A stretch of 64,000 bases of DNA from an uncultured Spirochaetota bacterium (lineage in GTDB: Bacteria; Spirochaetota; Spirochaetia; SZUA-6; Fen-1364): the NCBI GenBank assembly GCA_963820525.1, contig CAWGAA010000001.1, positions 1,376,001 through 1,440,000 on the forward strand, read 5' to 3'. Below, piece after piece: positions 31,069-41,327 of the stretch. The notes beneath the pieces were generated by a model. It ran no database searches. It was given only the letters and a program-made list of their open reading frames with translations, and was not told where the DNA came from. Position numbers and translations under genes: made by a program. Positions within the stretch are counted from its first letter, which is position 1; each line of letters opens with the position of its first letter.

Positions 31069-33249
31069 TTGGCTGGCGCATCGGCGATGAGACACATTGT
31101 GCTGAGATTCGCGCGAGGAAGGCGTCTGCGATTCGACAGAAGCGGGATGGGTGAAGAATTCGGCCTGAGCATCGAGATCGGCCGAAAAACGGCAGCGCGG
31201 TGTGCCCAACCGCTCGCCGTGCAGCTTTTTTCCGGTTCCCACTTTGCGTGGTTTCGAGCGGGCTACCGCGGGCTTGAGCGCACGCGTGGCGGCGTCGTCC
31301 TCCGCGGAGATGTGGTCGTCGCTTCGTCGAAGGTGTCGTTTGTCGACGAGTTTTCCAGGCACGGCGATCATGTCGTGCTCTCGCGCCATGTGAAAGTCGA
31401 AGGCGATTCTCCCGGGTTCGGCTTTCTGACCGCGTTCGAATGGAACATCTCCGCGACGATGGACGATCCCTGGTTTGTACCCGGAGTCTGGTACGGGAAT
31501 AATCGGCACGTCCCGCCGTATGCAATCGGCGCGCCCGATTCACGCTCAGCTCAGAGCTACATTGTCTTTCGTGAAGACCGCCTCCCGCTGCCCCTGGTCA
31601 CGCACTTCGACGAGGAAAGCAGGACGCAGTTTTCAATGGCCCATCTGTCCGCCACTGCAAAGACGATTGCGGCCGATGACAACGACGCTCCCCTTGTAGA
31701 CGCGCATCTCGGATTCGGAGCGTTCGGCCTGTATAACGGCGGGGAAACCCTGGCATTCTGGTTTCCGGGCACGGAAGGAGAGACGACCTACCCTCCGATG
31801 TGGACTCTGGGACGGGGCAACAGCCAGTCCGAATCTCCGGTGAATCCTTTCGCCCTGAAGTCAGCGACAGCCGCGTCGCAGGCCTGGAGTTATCGCTATC
31901 ATCCGCTGCGGGATTCTTTTCAGCAGCGCTATATCCTGCGCCTGGACTGTGGACCTGTCGAAGGCTACGCGGCTGCATGCGATGAGGCATGGAGAAGGAT
32001 CTCCTCGGAATACCGCCCCGGTGTGGTGCAGACAGACCTCGATGGGATCGAACGCCTGAGCATCTCTCTGCTGGCGGACATGACAGTACAAAACGGAGAA
32101 GCCACCGGCATTCCGACCTGGATCGACTGTTTTACGGGCAAACCCGGGCGGCTTCAGAACACGTTCGGAATCGGCTTCGTGGCCAGAAATCTGGAAGCCG
32201 CCCTTCTCCTTCTCAAATATGGAGGCACGCGCGCAAACGAACATTACCGGCGGCTGGGCATTGAAATACTGGACTTCTGGGCTTCAAAGAGCGGAAAGGG
32301 GCTCTCTCACACGGAGTACGATCCCGTCTCGCGGACCTGGATTGATGCCGGAGTGGAAAACGGCGCCACTTTCGTGTTCTTGCGTGACCAGTCGGAGTCG
32401 CACCGTTCATGTCTCCAAGCCTGGTCCATTGAGCGGGCGGGGGGCGATGTTCACCCGCAGTGGTATTCATGGGCGCGAAGCTTTGGCGACTGGCTCCTTG
32501 CGAAGCAGAACCCTGATGGCTCGTTCTACCGTGCCTATCGTCTCGATGGAACCCCGACTTCGCGTTCGACCGTGGATTGCGCGCACGTCATACCCTTTCT
32601 CTTGGAGCTCGATCAGGCCAGCGGGACGACGACCTTCACGAGTGCGGCTTTGAGGGCAGCCGAGTACCTCTGGACGAACGTCCACAGGCATCGAGATTTC
32701 ATCGGGGGGACCCTCGACAACCCCACCTGCTATGACAAGGAAGGATCCGCGCTTGCATTCGAAGCCTACCTGGCTCTTTTCGAGGCGACGGGCGAAAGGA
32801 AATGGCTCGCAGCCGCAGAAACCGCCGCCCGAGTGTGCGAAACATGGATTTTCCAGTGGAATCTTCCGATGCCGTCCGACGATGAAAAGCGGTTTTTCGC
32901 AGCCGGGCGCACGACAGTAGGGTTTCAGCTCATAACCACTGGCTTCTCCGCGTTCGACATGTACCTTACCCGCCACGTGCGGGAGTATGCCCGTTTGGCC
33001 AAGTACACGCGAGACAGGCATTATCTGGAAGTCGCCGACATGCTGCTGCACAACACCAAATGCACAATCCAGCTGCAAAGCGAATATGGGTACGCCCGGC
33101 CGGGTTTTCAGATCGAGCACTGGTCCATGGGACGCGGGCGCGGATATGGCATCAATTCCGGCTGGCTCCCGTGGGTGACAACGAGCCACCTGCTCTCGAT
33201 CGATGCGGCGAGGAGGGAATTCCCCCCAAGTTACAGCCAGCGCTCGTAA
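31069..33249 (+). CDS. Uncharacterised cytoplasmic (alpha/alpha)-barrel glycoside hydrolase-like protein B (paralog of A)
   Basis: 726 aa (start may be ATG 31087); QNPDGSFYRAY, GGTLDNPTCYDKEG, LFEATGERKWLAAA. Confidence 0.7.
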   Translation: MAGASAMRHIVLRFARGRRLRFDRSGMGEEFGLSIEIGRKTAARCAQPLAVQLFSGSHFAWFRAGYRGLERTRGGVVLRGDVVVASSKVSFVDEFSRHGDHVVLSRHVKVEGDSPGFGFLTAFEWNISATMDDPWFVPGVWYGNNRHVPPYAIGAPDSRSAQSYIVFREDRLPLPLVTHFDEESRTQFSMAHLSATAKTIAADDNDAPLVDAHLGFGAFGLYNGGETLAFWFPGTEGETTYPPMWTLGRGNSQSESPVNPFALKSATAASQAWSYRYHPLRDSFQQRYILRLDCGPVEGYAAACDEAWRRISSEYRPGVVQTDLDGIERLSISLLADMTVQNGEATGIPTWIDCFTGKPGRLQNTFGIGFVARNLEAALLLLKYGGTRANEHYRRLGIEILDFWASKSGKGLSHTEYDPVSRTWIDAGVENGATFVFLRDQSESHRSCLQAWSIERAGGDVHPQWYSWARSFGDWLLAKQNPDGSFYRAYRLDGTPTSRSTVDCAHVIPFLLELDQASGTTTFTSAALRAAEYLWTNVHRHRDFIGGTLDNPTCYDKEGSALAFEAYLALFEATGERKWLAAAETAARVCETWIFQWNLPMPSDDEKRFFAAGRTTVGFQLITTGFSAFDMYLTRHVREYARLAKYTRDRHYLEVADMLLHNTKCTIQLQSEYGYARPGFQIEHWSMGRGRGYGINSGWLPWVTTSHLLSIDAARREFPPSYSQRS

Positions 33250-33370
33250 GGAATGTCGGCGCCCCTAGCCCTGACGTATGCACATGACACCTTGGAGGCG
33301 CTCCAGGTCACCCGCGGGTGAAATCAGGGTGCCTTTCTTGCGTGTATGCTCCAAAGACGGGACAAGGGAT

Positions 33371-33769
33371 ATGCGTGTACGGACGATCATGTGCGCGATC
33401 GCCACTGTATGCGGCATCGGTTGTGTTTCCTCACCTCCCGCGGGGCTGCCCGACTTCATGGAATCCAGGGATGTGCCCGCCGGCATGGGCGTACTGTGCG
33501 TCTATCGGCCGGCACAACACTTCGGCAGCGTCAATCCCATGCCCATTTTTCGGGAGCAGGATCTCGCGGCTGAATTGTCGAGCGGTACCTGCATAGAGCT
33601 CGCCGTATACCCCGGCAACAGGACAATCAGGGCTTCGCTCATGGGCGCGAAAAGCCCGGTCGTCGACGGAGCGCTCACGTTGGTCGTACGGGGCCGTCGA
33701 ACGGGATCGCCCCCGGTACCGGAGCGCCCATCGCCCCAAATGTTCCCAAAAAAATCAACCAGCTTCTAG
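33371..33769 (+). pseudogene. DUF2846-like lipoprotein, apparently truncated
   Basis: Lipobox-like GIGC; VLCVYRP..ELSSGTCIELAVYPGNRTI, then low-complexity tail. Confidence 0.45.
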
Positions 33770-33843
33770 GGGCTGGCGTCTCCGTCCGACTCATCGTTAT
33801 TCTTCCGGAGAGAGACGTCACGTATCACGGACCCGCGTTCGAG

Positions 33844-34176
33844 ATGGCCATGGCCGCGTGGCAGAAGAAAATGGCCGCGGAAATCGTGGCCATGGATACC
33901 GGCACGATCTTGAGCACGTACGCGGACGCGGCGGGCTTTTCCGTCGTCAATCGCGAGAGCTTCAAGGAGATCCTCGGAGAGTTCGAGCTGCAGGGCTCGG
34001 AGGCGTTCGACGAGAAGGAGACGGCGAAGATCGGACGCATGGTGGGCGCCAATTACATGCTGCTCATATCGTTCTCCCGTTCCCACATTGCCGGCGACCG
34101 TTTCCGGGACGTGCGGACGAACAAGTTGATCGACATGGAGCGCAACACCATCCTTGCGCTCGACGAGATCGCCTAG
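33844..34176 (+). pseudogene. CsgG/TolB-N-like domain fragment
   Basis: FSVVNRESFKEILGEFELQGS..AKIGRMVGANYM; no signal peptide or N-terminus. Confidence 0.55.
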
Positions 34177-34413
34177 GAATTCGCGGTCGACGCCATAACT
34201 CAGAATGCCAGGCTTCTGGAAAGCCGCCTCAATGGAAGGCGGTTCATCGTCGATACGTACACGGGACGCTCGTCGTACGCGGAGTAGGACAGGCGGAAGC
34301 GCCTTTGGGAGAGGAGCACAACGACCTGGTTTCAGGATGATTTTTAATGAGGCAATGCGCTGCGTTGCGGAACCGCTATCGGCCCGGGTTCATGCAAATT
34401 CCCAGACGTAGAA

Positions 34414-34625
34414 ATGCCGATCGAAAACAAAAAGGCGTTCCAGCCTAACGCGGACCTGAAGGCGCCGACTCCGCTTGTGGATGAGGTGAAGACGCTGACA
34501 GGAGCGAGCTCTACGGTCTTTCAACGCATGAACGATGCCGGCGATATGCTGCGGATCGCTACCAACGTTGTGGCAAACGGCGGGAAAAGGGCCATTGGAA
34601 CCTACATTCCCGCTATCGATCCCTC
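34414..34625 (+). pseudogene. Cache (Cache_3-Cache_2-like) chemoreceptor domain fragment
   Basis: LVDEVKTLTGASSTVFQRMNDAGDMLRIATNV..RAIGTYIPA; rest of receptor absent. Confidence 0.7.
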
Positions 34626-34732
34626 GAGCCCATTTCTCGAGGTAAACAGGTCGCCGGCAAGCAGCAGCCCATCCTGTTGGTGATTGTAGACGACATGGCC
34701 GGGAGAGTGACCGGGTGTAAAATATGCAGTCA
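34620..34732 (-). pseudogene. Metallo-beta-lactamase-fold fragment
   Basis: FTPGHSPGHVVY..LLAGDLF only. Confidence 0.65.
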
Positions 34733-34940
34733 TCTCGCTTTCAATCCCTCGAGCGGAGGAGCGGAAAGCTCCGAGAGCAAAGATTCCTTGTCTTTGAAGC
34801 ATAGATAGATCGCCGTGTGCGAGCAGCCGGACTCCAAGGCGATCCGCCGCATGGTGACTCCATCAAATCCGAAAACGGCGAACAGCCGCGCAGCCGCCTT
34901 CAGAATCGTACGTCGTGTCTCCAGGCCGCTCGGCCGCCGA
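34730..34940 (-). pseudogene. TetR N-terminal HTH fragment (not in ORF track)
   Basis: Manual translation: ETRRTILKAAARLFAVFGFDGVTMRRIALESGCSHTAIYLCFKDKESLL..*. Confidence 0.7.
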
Positions 34941-34986
34941 TAGCCCCGCCGGTTTGCAGCCGATGTCTTGTCGACCTTTTTTCTCC

Positions 34987-35865
34987 CTACGCCTGACCGG
35001 CGTGGAGACCCAGGTTCCCGGCGATTATGCGATCCAGGAAGCGCTTGGACATCAGGTGCTGTGACGCCCAGATCATCGGGTTGGCCGCGGTGAGGGAGTA
35101 GCGGACCCGGGGTTTTCCCGCGCTCAGGGCTTCAAGGACGAGCCTGCCGACACGCTCGGGCCGCGCCCCCCTCCGTCCCGAGGACACCATCGAGTCCCTC
35201 AGGCGGATCAGCGGTTTCAGGTACAGAGACCGCGCGTAGGCCGATAGGTCGATCGCGTTGGCTTTGTCCTAGATGGCGGTTGCCACGCTTCCCGGATCGA
35301 TCACGATCACGTCGACGCCGTACGGCATGCACTCGCGGCGCAGGCTGTCCGACAATCCCTCCAGTCCGTGCTTGGCAGCCGCGTAAGCTCCCAGAAAAGG
35401 CATGGCCAGCTTTCCCGCTATGGAGCTGATGTTGACGATGCGCGCGGGCCCGTCCGCTTCCCCGCCGCGCGGGCGCAGCAGCGGGAAAAAGGCCTGGGTG
35501 ACGGTGAGCACGCTCACCAGATTCACCTCGAGCTGCCTGCGAAATTCGGAAACGGGCAGCTCCAGAAGCGGACCGGGCACGGCAATCCCCGCATTGTTCA
35601 CCAGGCCGAAAAGCCTTCCGCCGTCGAGCGCCTCCCGTGTTACCGCCGCCGCTCTCTCCACGGCTACGGCGTCCGTCACGTCGAAGATCAGGGGAGTGAA
35701 GGCGCCGCCCAGCTCTCTGGAAAGCCTTTCCGCGTCTCCGGGCTTGCGTACGCTGCCGAAGACCCGGTAGCCGTGCGACGCGAGCACTCGCGCCGTCCCG
35801 TTTCCGATCCCGCTGGAGACTCCCGTGACCACGACGGCCCGCCCGCTCCGATTTCCTGGATCCAT
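34987..35865 (-). pseudogene. SDR oxidoreductase interrupted by an in-frame TAG
   Basis: TGVSSGIG, NNAG, YAAAK; VATAI*DKANA continues in frame to 34987. Confidence 0.8.
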
Positions 35866-35940
35866 TGGTTTTCCTCTCGAGATGGAATGTAGGCAAAAAC
35901 GCGGCGGGGAGCCATCCCGAATGGGAGCGTGATCGGTCGG

Positions 35941-36932
35941 CTACTGCTTGAGCACTTCCTCCCACGTCGTCACGGGCCAGGCGGTCCTGAACAGCTCCGC
36001 GATCGCGGGCTTCGCCTTCTCTCGAATGGCGGCAGCGTCGGGAGCGGTCACCGTCATGCCCTGGGACTCGAGCTGCGCGAGCAGCTCTCCCTCGCCGGTC
36101 TTGATCTTCTGGGTTGCCCACTCGCAGGCCTTGCCCATGACGCTCATGACCCGGCTGCGGTCCGACGAGGACAGTTGTTTATAGGAGTCCCCGTTCATCA
36201 TCACCCATCCTATCGCCACGAGGTGGTTGGTGATGCTCAGGTGCGACTGCACCTCGGACAGCTTGAAGGACACCACCTGGGGAAGGTGCCCCTCGGAGGC
36301 TTCCGCCCTGCCGTCCTTCAGGGCCTGGTAGAGCTCCGTCAATGGGACCGGCACGGGCTGCGTACCGAGGGACTGCCACACTGCGATCCATGTCTGGACG
36401 ACGGGCAGGCGGAGCTTCAAGCCCATGAGATCCTCGGGACCCCTGATCGGCTTGTTGGACGTCGTCTGCCGAAGCCCGCGATACACGGTGCCCATGTCGA
36501 CCATGTTTCCGTTGGCCAGCACGAGGTCACTTCGCTTTCTTGCCCAGAGGGACCTTTCCAGACCCGCACGAAGTGCTCGTAATCCTTGATGACGTAGGGG
36601 GCGTTGAAGAAGAAATACTGCGGGGAGAAGACCTCCAGGGGGCGGCCGCCGGTGAGCTGGATGTCGACGACGCCCTGCGAGCACTGGATGTTGACGTCCT
36701 CTTCCGACGCCGCTCCGGCGATGAGGAGCACGGAGATCCGCCCGTCGGTCTCTTCCTCGATCATGGATTTGAACTTTTCCGCAGCATCGACGAGGATGTG
36801 GCCGGCTTTGAAGGGAGACGCCACCCTCAGCACGACACGCTCCTGGGCTCCTTCGGCAAAGCACAGGGAGCCCGAAAGTATGAGCAACGCCACGGCGAGC
36901 ATCCATACGCGTCGAATCGTGGATACTTTCAT
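35941..36932 (-). pseudogene. TRAP DctP solute-binding protein, frameshifted near 36530-36555
   Basis: N-terminal half in ORF 36417..36974; C-terminal half (DLMGLKLRLP, ELYQALKDG) in ORF 35941..37065. Confidence 0.8.
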
Positions 36933-36982
36933 ACCATCCTCCTTCGTTCGGCCGCTCCTTGGAGGGACCGACACAAACCGGT

Positions 36983-37133
36983 ATACTATGACGTAAGACG
37001 TCTGTTGTCAAGAGAATCCCGCCTGTATGGCGCCGCGCCGCGGAGTTGGGGCGCGGCGGTTCCACCTCGTATCGCCGGCGTTCCCGAAAGGCACTTCTTT
37101 TTCCTTGACACCTGACGTCTTACGTCTTAGAAT
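36983..37133. promoter_or_regulatory. Divergent promoters sharing a GACGTCTTACGTC operator in their spacers
   Basis: Minus: TTGACA(37011-37006)-17-TAGTAT. Plus: TTGACA(37105)-17-TAGAAT(37128). Identical 13-mer in both spacers. Confidence 0.8.
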
Positions 37134-37139
37134 GAGGCC

Positions 37140-38243
37140 ATGAACCTCCTTGAAGAAATCAGGGAGAAAAAGGGGCGGCTGCGCGCCCTCATGCGGGAGC
37201 AGAAGCTCGACGCCGTCTACCTCAAGCGCCAACCCAACTTCGCCTGGCTCACCGCGGGCGGTTCGAACGTGGTGGGCATCACGCTCGAGCTGGGCGTCGC
37301 CGGCCTCCTTCTCACCGCCGAGCGCGAGTACGTGGTTTGCAACAATATCGAGGCGCCCCGCATTTGCAAGGAAGAGCGCCTGGAGTGGCAGGGCTACGAG
37401 ATCCGGCAGTTCCCCTGGTACGAAGAGTGCGAGCGTGAAACCATCGCGTCCCTGGCGGGCGGGGGAAAGATAGGCGCCGATCACGCATTGCCGGACACCG
37501 TGGACATCAGCCTCATGATCAACCCCCTGCGCTACGCTCTCACGCCAGCGGAGGTGGAACGTTACCGCCGGATGGGGCAGCTCACCGCACGGGCTATCGA
37601 GGAGACGGCGCTCTCCGTGCGGCCGGGCGACCGTGAATGCGCAATCGTCGGCCGCCTTGCGGCCAGGCTGTGGGAGAACAGCCTGGATTACATCACGGTA
37701 TTCTGCGCCGCCGACGAGCGCATCGACATGTTCCGTCACCCCATTCCCACGGAGAACCGGGTTCGAAAGCGCGTAATGCTCTGTGTGAACTCCCGATTCC
37801 ACGGGCTCATTGTCTCCCTCACCCGCTTTGTCAGCTTCGGCCCGATCACGCCCGAGCTTCGCCGCCGCTACGACTCGAACGTCCTCATCGACTGCACCCT
37901 GATGGCCCACACCGTGCCCGGAAAGCCTGTGGTGGAGGCCTTCCGCAAGGGCGTGGAAGCGTATGCCCGGGAGGGATTCCCGGAGGAGTACAAGCTCCAC
38001 CACCAGGGAGGAGCCATCGGCTACCTGGGTCGTGATTATAAGGTCGATTTCCGCACGCAGGAGATCGTGCGCGATAACCAGGCGTTTGCCTGGAACCCGT
38101 CGATAACCGGATCGAAGAGCGAGGATACGATGATCGCCAGGGCGGAGGGGCCGCTGATCGTCTCCCCGCCCATTGTGTTTCCAAGCGTGAAACGGGAAGT
38201 AGCCGGCCGTATATTCATGCGGCCGGATATCCTGGAGCTGTAA
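37140..38243 (+). CDS. M24 (pita-bread) fold hydrolase lacking canonical metal ligands
   Basis: Creatinase-like N-terminus; [23 protein letters not shown]. Confidence 0.8.
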   Translation: MNLLEEIREKKGRLRALMREQKLDAVYLKRQPNFAWLTAGGSNVVGITLELGVAGLLLTAEREYVVCNNIEAPRICKEERLEWQGYEIRQFPWYEECERETIASLAGGGKIGADHALPDTVDISLMINPLRYALTPAEVERYRRMGQLTARAIEETALSVRPGDRECAIVGRLAARLWENSLDYITVFCAADERIDMFRHPIPTENRVRKRVMLCVNSRFHGLIVSLTRFVSFGPITPELRRRYDSNVLIDCTLMAHTVPGKPVVEAFRKGVEAYAREGFPEEYKLHHQGGAIGYLGRDYKVDFRTQEIVRDNQAFAWNPSITGSKSEDTMIARAEGPLIVSPPIVFPSVKREVAGRIFMRPDILEL

Positions 38244-38280
38244 AACGGTTCCGCAATCAGTTGGTTCTGTGAGGAGGCGT

Positions 38281-39267
38281 ATGAATATGGAAAAGAAGGT
38301 CGTTCTGCTTCTCGCGCTTTTAGCCGCCGTCGGGGGCATTGCTGCCTTCGCCGAAGGCAAAGGGGAGGAGGTGTACCCCTCGCGGGAAATCGAGCTCATG
38401 GTACCCTGGTCGATCGGGGGCAGCACGGACGTGGTGTTCAGAACCTTCCAGATGGTGCTGCCGAAATACCTCAAGGCTCCGGTGATCGTGGTCAACCGCC
38501 CCGGCGGGGGAGCGGTTCCCGGATACGCCGAGGCGATGACCAAGAAGCCTGATGGATACTACATCGTGGCGTGGGCGACGGCCGCCATCACGAAGGTCCA
38601 CATGAGCGAGTGCCCCTACGACGCGAACACTTTCGTGCCGGTCATCAACCTGGTCGACGCGCCCTGCTGGGTGCTTGTTCCCGCCAACTCTCCCTACCAG
38701 ACCCTGGCGGACCTCCTGGCCGACGCGAAGAAGAGGCCCGGACAGGTGAACATGGGCAACGCAGGGGCGGGCGGGGGAACCCACATGATCATCCTGGCGT
38801 TCGAGAAGAAAGCGGGCGTCACGTTCAACCACGTTCCCTTCGCCGGAGGCGGCCCCATGGTGGTTGCGGCCGTGGGAGGCCACGTCGACGCGGTGGTCGG
38901 AAGCCCGCCGGAGGGCGTGCCCCAGCTCGAGAGCGGCCAGCTTCGCGGGCTCGCCGTGTTCGCCAAGCAGCGCCTGAATCAGTTCCCCAAAGTGCCCACG
39001 GCGGCCGAACAGGGCGTCGATTTCTCCCTGGGCCAGTGGCGAGGCATCGCGGCGATCAAGGGAACGGATCCCAAGAAGATCAAGTACCTTCATGACGTGT
39101 TCCACGCCTGCATGCAGGACGAGGACTTCAAGGCGCTGGCGAAGACCGCGGGCATCATGGTGAACTACATGGGAACCGAGGACTTCACCAAGTTCGTCGC
39201 GGAGCAGGACAAGCTCTACGAGGAGATCGTCAAGAGCAACAAGCTCGGAGACCGCTACAAGTACTGA
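38281..39267 (+). CDS. tctC: Tripartite tricarboxylate transporter binding protein
   Basis: [38 protein letters not shown]. Confidence 0.92.
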   Translation: MNMEKKVVLLLALLAAVGGIAAFAEGKGEEVYPSREIELMVPWSIGGSTDVVFRTFQMVLPKYLKAPVIVVNRPGGGAVPGYAEAMTKKPDGYYIVAWATAAITKVHMSECPYDANTFVPVINLVDAPCWVLVPANSPYQTLADLLADAKKRPGQVNMGNAGAGGGTHMIILAFEKKAGVTFNHVPFAGGGPMVVAAVGGHVDAVVGSPPEGVPQLESGQLRGLAVFAKQRLNQFPKVPTAAEQGVDFSLGQWRGIAAIKGTDPKKIKYLHDVFHACMQDEDFKALAKTAGIMVNYMGTEDFTKFVAEQDKLYEEIVKSNKLGDRYKY

Positions 39268-39346
39268 AGTCCCACCGCAGACAGAAAACTTTCACGCGCC
39301 GCGCGCGCAGTCTCTTCGCGCGCGGCGTAGAGGGAGAGTGAGAGGT

Positions 39347-39817
39347 ATGGGAACAAGCGATATCGTTTTCGGGGGACTCTTCGGGCTTTTGTCGATCGTA
39401 CTCTTCGCGCTGACCCTCGGCTTTCCGACGCTCACTGTGGCGCTGTCTCCCACGGTGTTTCCGAGGTTCGTGAGCACAGGCATGTTCCTTTTTTCCGCGA
39501 TCCTGACCGTTCAGGGGATCCGTAAACGGGCCAAGGCGGCGAGGCGCATGGATGCGGAAAAGGTTCGCCTGCGGATGGATTGGCCTTTCGTCCTTCGATT
39601 CATCCTGCTCGCCGCCGACTCCCTGCTGTACCTCGTTCTGCTGGAGCCAATCGGATACATCCTGACAACCCCGCCGTGCATCGCCGCGGCAATGCTCGTC
39701 TTCGGGGAGCGGCGCTGGCTTCGGATCGTGCTCGCTTCCGTGGCCGGCACGGCGATCATGTACGCGGTGTTTCGCATGCTCTTCCGGGTGCCTCTGCCCC
39801 GCTCGCCCCTTTGGTGA
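39347..39817 (+). CDS. tctB: Tripartite tricarboxylate transporter small subunit
   Basis: Four TM segments, PTVFP, LFRVPLP. Confidence 0.85.
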   Translation: MGTSDIVFGGLFGLLSIVLFALTLGFPTLTVALSPTVFPRFVSTGMFLFSAILTVQGIRKRAKAARRMDAEKVRLRMDWPFVLRFILLAADSLLYLVLLEPIGYILTTPPCIAAAMLVFGERRWLRIVLASVAGTAIMYAVFRMLFRVPLPRSPLW

Positions 39818-39830
39818 AAGGGAGATTCAT

Positions 39831-41315
39831 ATGGATGCGATTCTCCAGGCGTTCGCGTACGTATTCGCGCCCCAGCATTTCCTGTTCCTGGTCATCGGGA
39901 CCGCCGCCGGCATCCTGGTGGGGGCGATCCCCGGCCTAAGCGGATCGACGGGTATCGTTCTCGTGCTTCCCTTCCTTCCCTCCATGGCGCCCGCGGACGC
40001 GCTTCTCATCATGAGCGGCATCTTCTGCGGCTCGATGTTCGGGGGCTCGATCGCTTCCATTCTGATCTCCACGCCGGGAACGCCCTCCGCCGCGGCCACC
40101 GTGCTCGACGGCTACCCCATGGGACAGAGAGGAGAGGCGGGCAAGGCCATCGGGATCGCGCTGGTCGCCTCCACCATAGGGGGGACGATCTCCGCGCTGA
40201 GCATGATCTTCATCTCCTGGCCTCTGGCGACGGTGGCCCTGCAGTTCGGGCCGGAGGAGTACTTCGCCCTGATGGTCTTCGGCCTGACCATCATCGCGAG
40301 CGTTTCCGGGGATTCCCTGGTCAAAGGGCTTGTCTCGGGATTTTTCGGGCTCGCGGTCGGCCTCATCGGCATGGATGAGGTATCCGGCTACTCCCGACTG
40401 TCCTTCAACATGCCCAGCCTGATGGCGGGTCTTCCGATGCTTCCCGTTCTGGTGGGGGTCTTCGCGATCTCCCAGGTTTTCATTGAGCTTCAGCGGATCG
40501 GCGCGAAGGTGGTGCGCTTCAAGCAGAAGATCGCGAGGGTCCTTCCCACCTGGAAGGAGTTCACGCACCTCCTGCCGGTGATCCTGCCGTCTTCGTTCAT
40601 AGGAGTGTTCATTGGTGTGGTTCCGGGAACGGGAGGCTCCATCGCCTCCTGGATCGCCTACAATGAGACCAAGCGGTTCTCCAAGGACCCCGACAGCTTC
40701 GGCAAGGGGAACCCCCGCGGCATCGCGGCGCCGGAAGCGGCGAACAACGGGACCACGGGCGGGGCCATGGTGCCGATGCTCACCCTGGGGATTCCAGGAG
40801 ACGTGATCACCGCCGTGATGCTGGGCGCTCTGGTGCTCATTGGCGTGCGGCCGGGACCGCTCCTCTTCGCCCAACACCCCGACATCATCAACTCCCTGTA
40901 CGTCGGGTTCGTCATGGCCCAGCTCATCATGTTCGCTCTGGGGGTCCTCACGGTGAGGATCTGGCCGAAGGTGCTTTCGGCACCCTCCCAGGTGCTTTTC
41001 CCTCTGATTCTGGCCACCTGCTTCATCGGCACCTTTTCCTCGAACAACAGCATCTTCGACATGTTCGTGGCGCTGGCGTTCGGAGTGATCGGCTTTTTCG
41101 TACACAAGTTCGGATTCTCCTCGGCGGCTCTCATCCTGGGGGTCATCCTCGGGCCTCTTGCGGAGCGCGAGCTGGGCACGGCCCTCATTATCTCGCACGG
41201 GAACTGGGGGGCGCTTTTCCGCTCGCCCCTGGCCCTGGTCTTCCACGGCCTTTCGGTTTTGTCGGTGGCGTATGCGCTCGTGCGGCAGTATAAACGGAAG
41301 CCCGTGAAGGGCTGA
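39831..41315 (+). CDS. tctA: Tripartite tricarboxylate transporter large subunit
   Basis: GAIPGL, PGTPSAAATVLDGYPM, APEAANN, LTLGIPG. Confidence 0.95.
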   Translation: MDAILQAFAYVFAPQHFLFLVIGTAAGILVGAIPGLSGSTGIVLVLPFLPSMAPADALLIMSGIFCGSMFGGSIASILISTPGTPSAAATVLDGYPMGQRGEAGKAIGIALVASTIGGTISALSMIFISWPLATVALQFGPEEYFALMVFGLTIIASVSGDSLVKGLVSGFFGLAVGLIGMDEVSGYSRLSFNMPSLMAGLPMLPVLVGVFAISQVFIELQRIGAKVVRFKQKIARVLPTWKEFTHLLPVILPSSFIGVFIGVVPGTGGSIASWIAYNETKRFSKDPDSFGKGNPRGIAAPEAANNGTTGGAMVPMLTLGIPGDVITAVMLGALVLIGVRPGPLLFAQHPDIINSLYVGFVMAQLIMFALGVLTVRIWPKVLSAPSQVLFPLILATCFIGTFSSNNSIFDMFVALAFGVIGFFVHKFGFSSAALILGVILGPLAERELGTALIISHGNWGALFRSPLALVFHGLSVLSVAYALVRQYKRKPVKG

Positions 41316-41327
41316 GGGAGTTTCGAG

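Noticed and set aside
34442..34450. attC inverse-core-like GCCTAAC
   Set aside because: It lies inside the Cache-domain coding fragment, with no partner core site and no integron integrase
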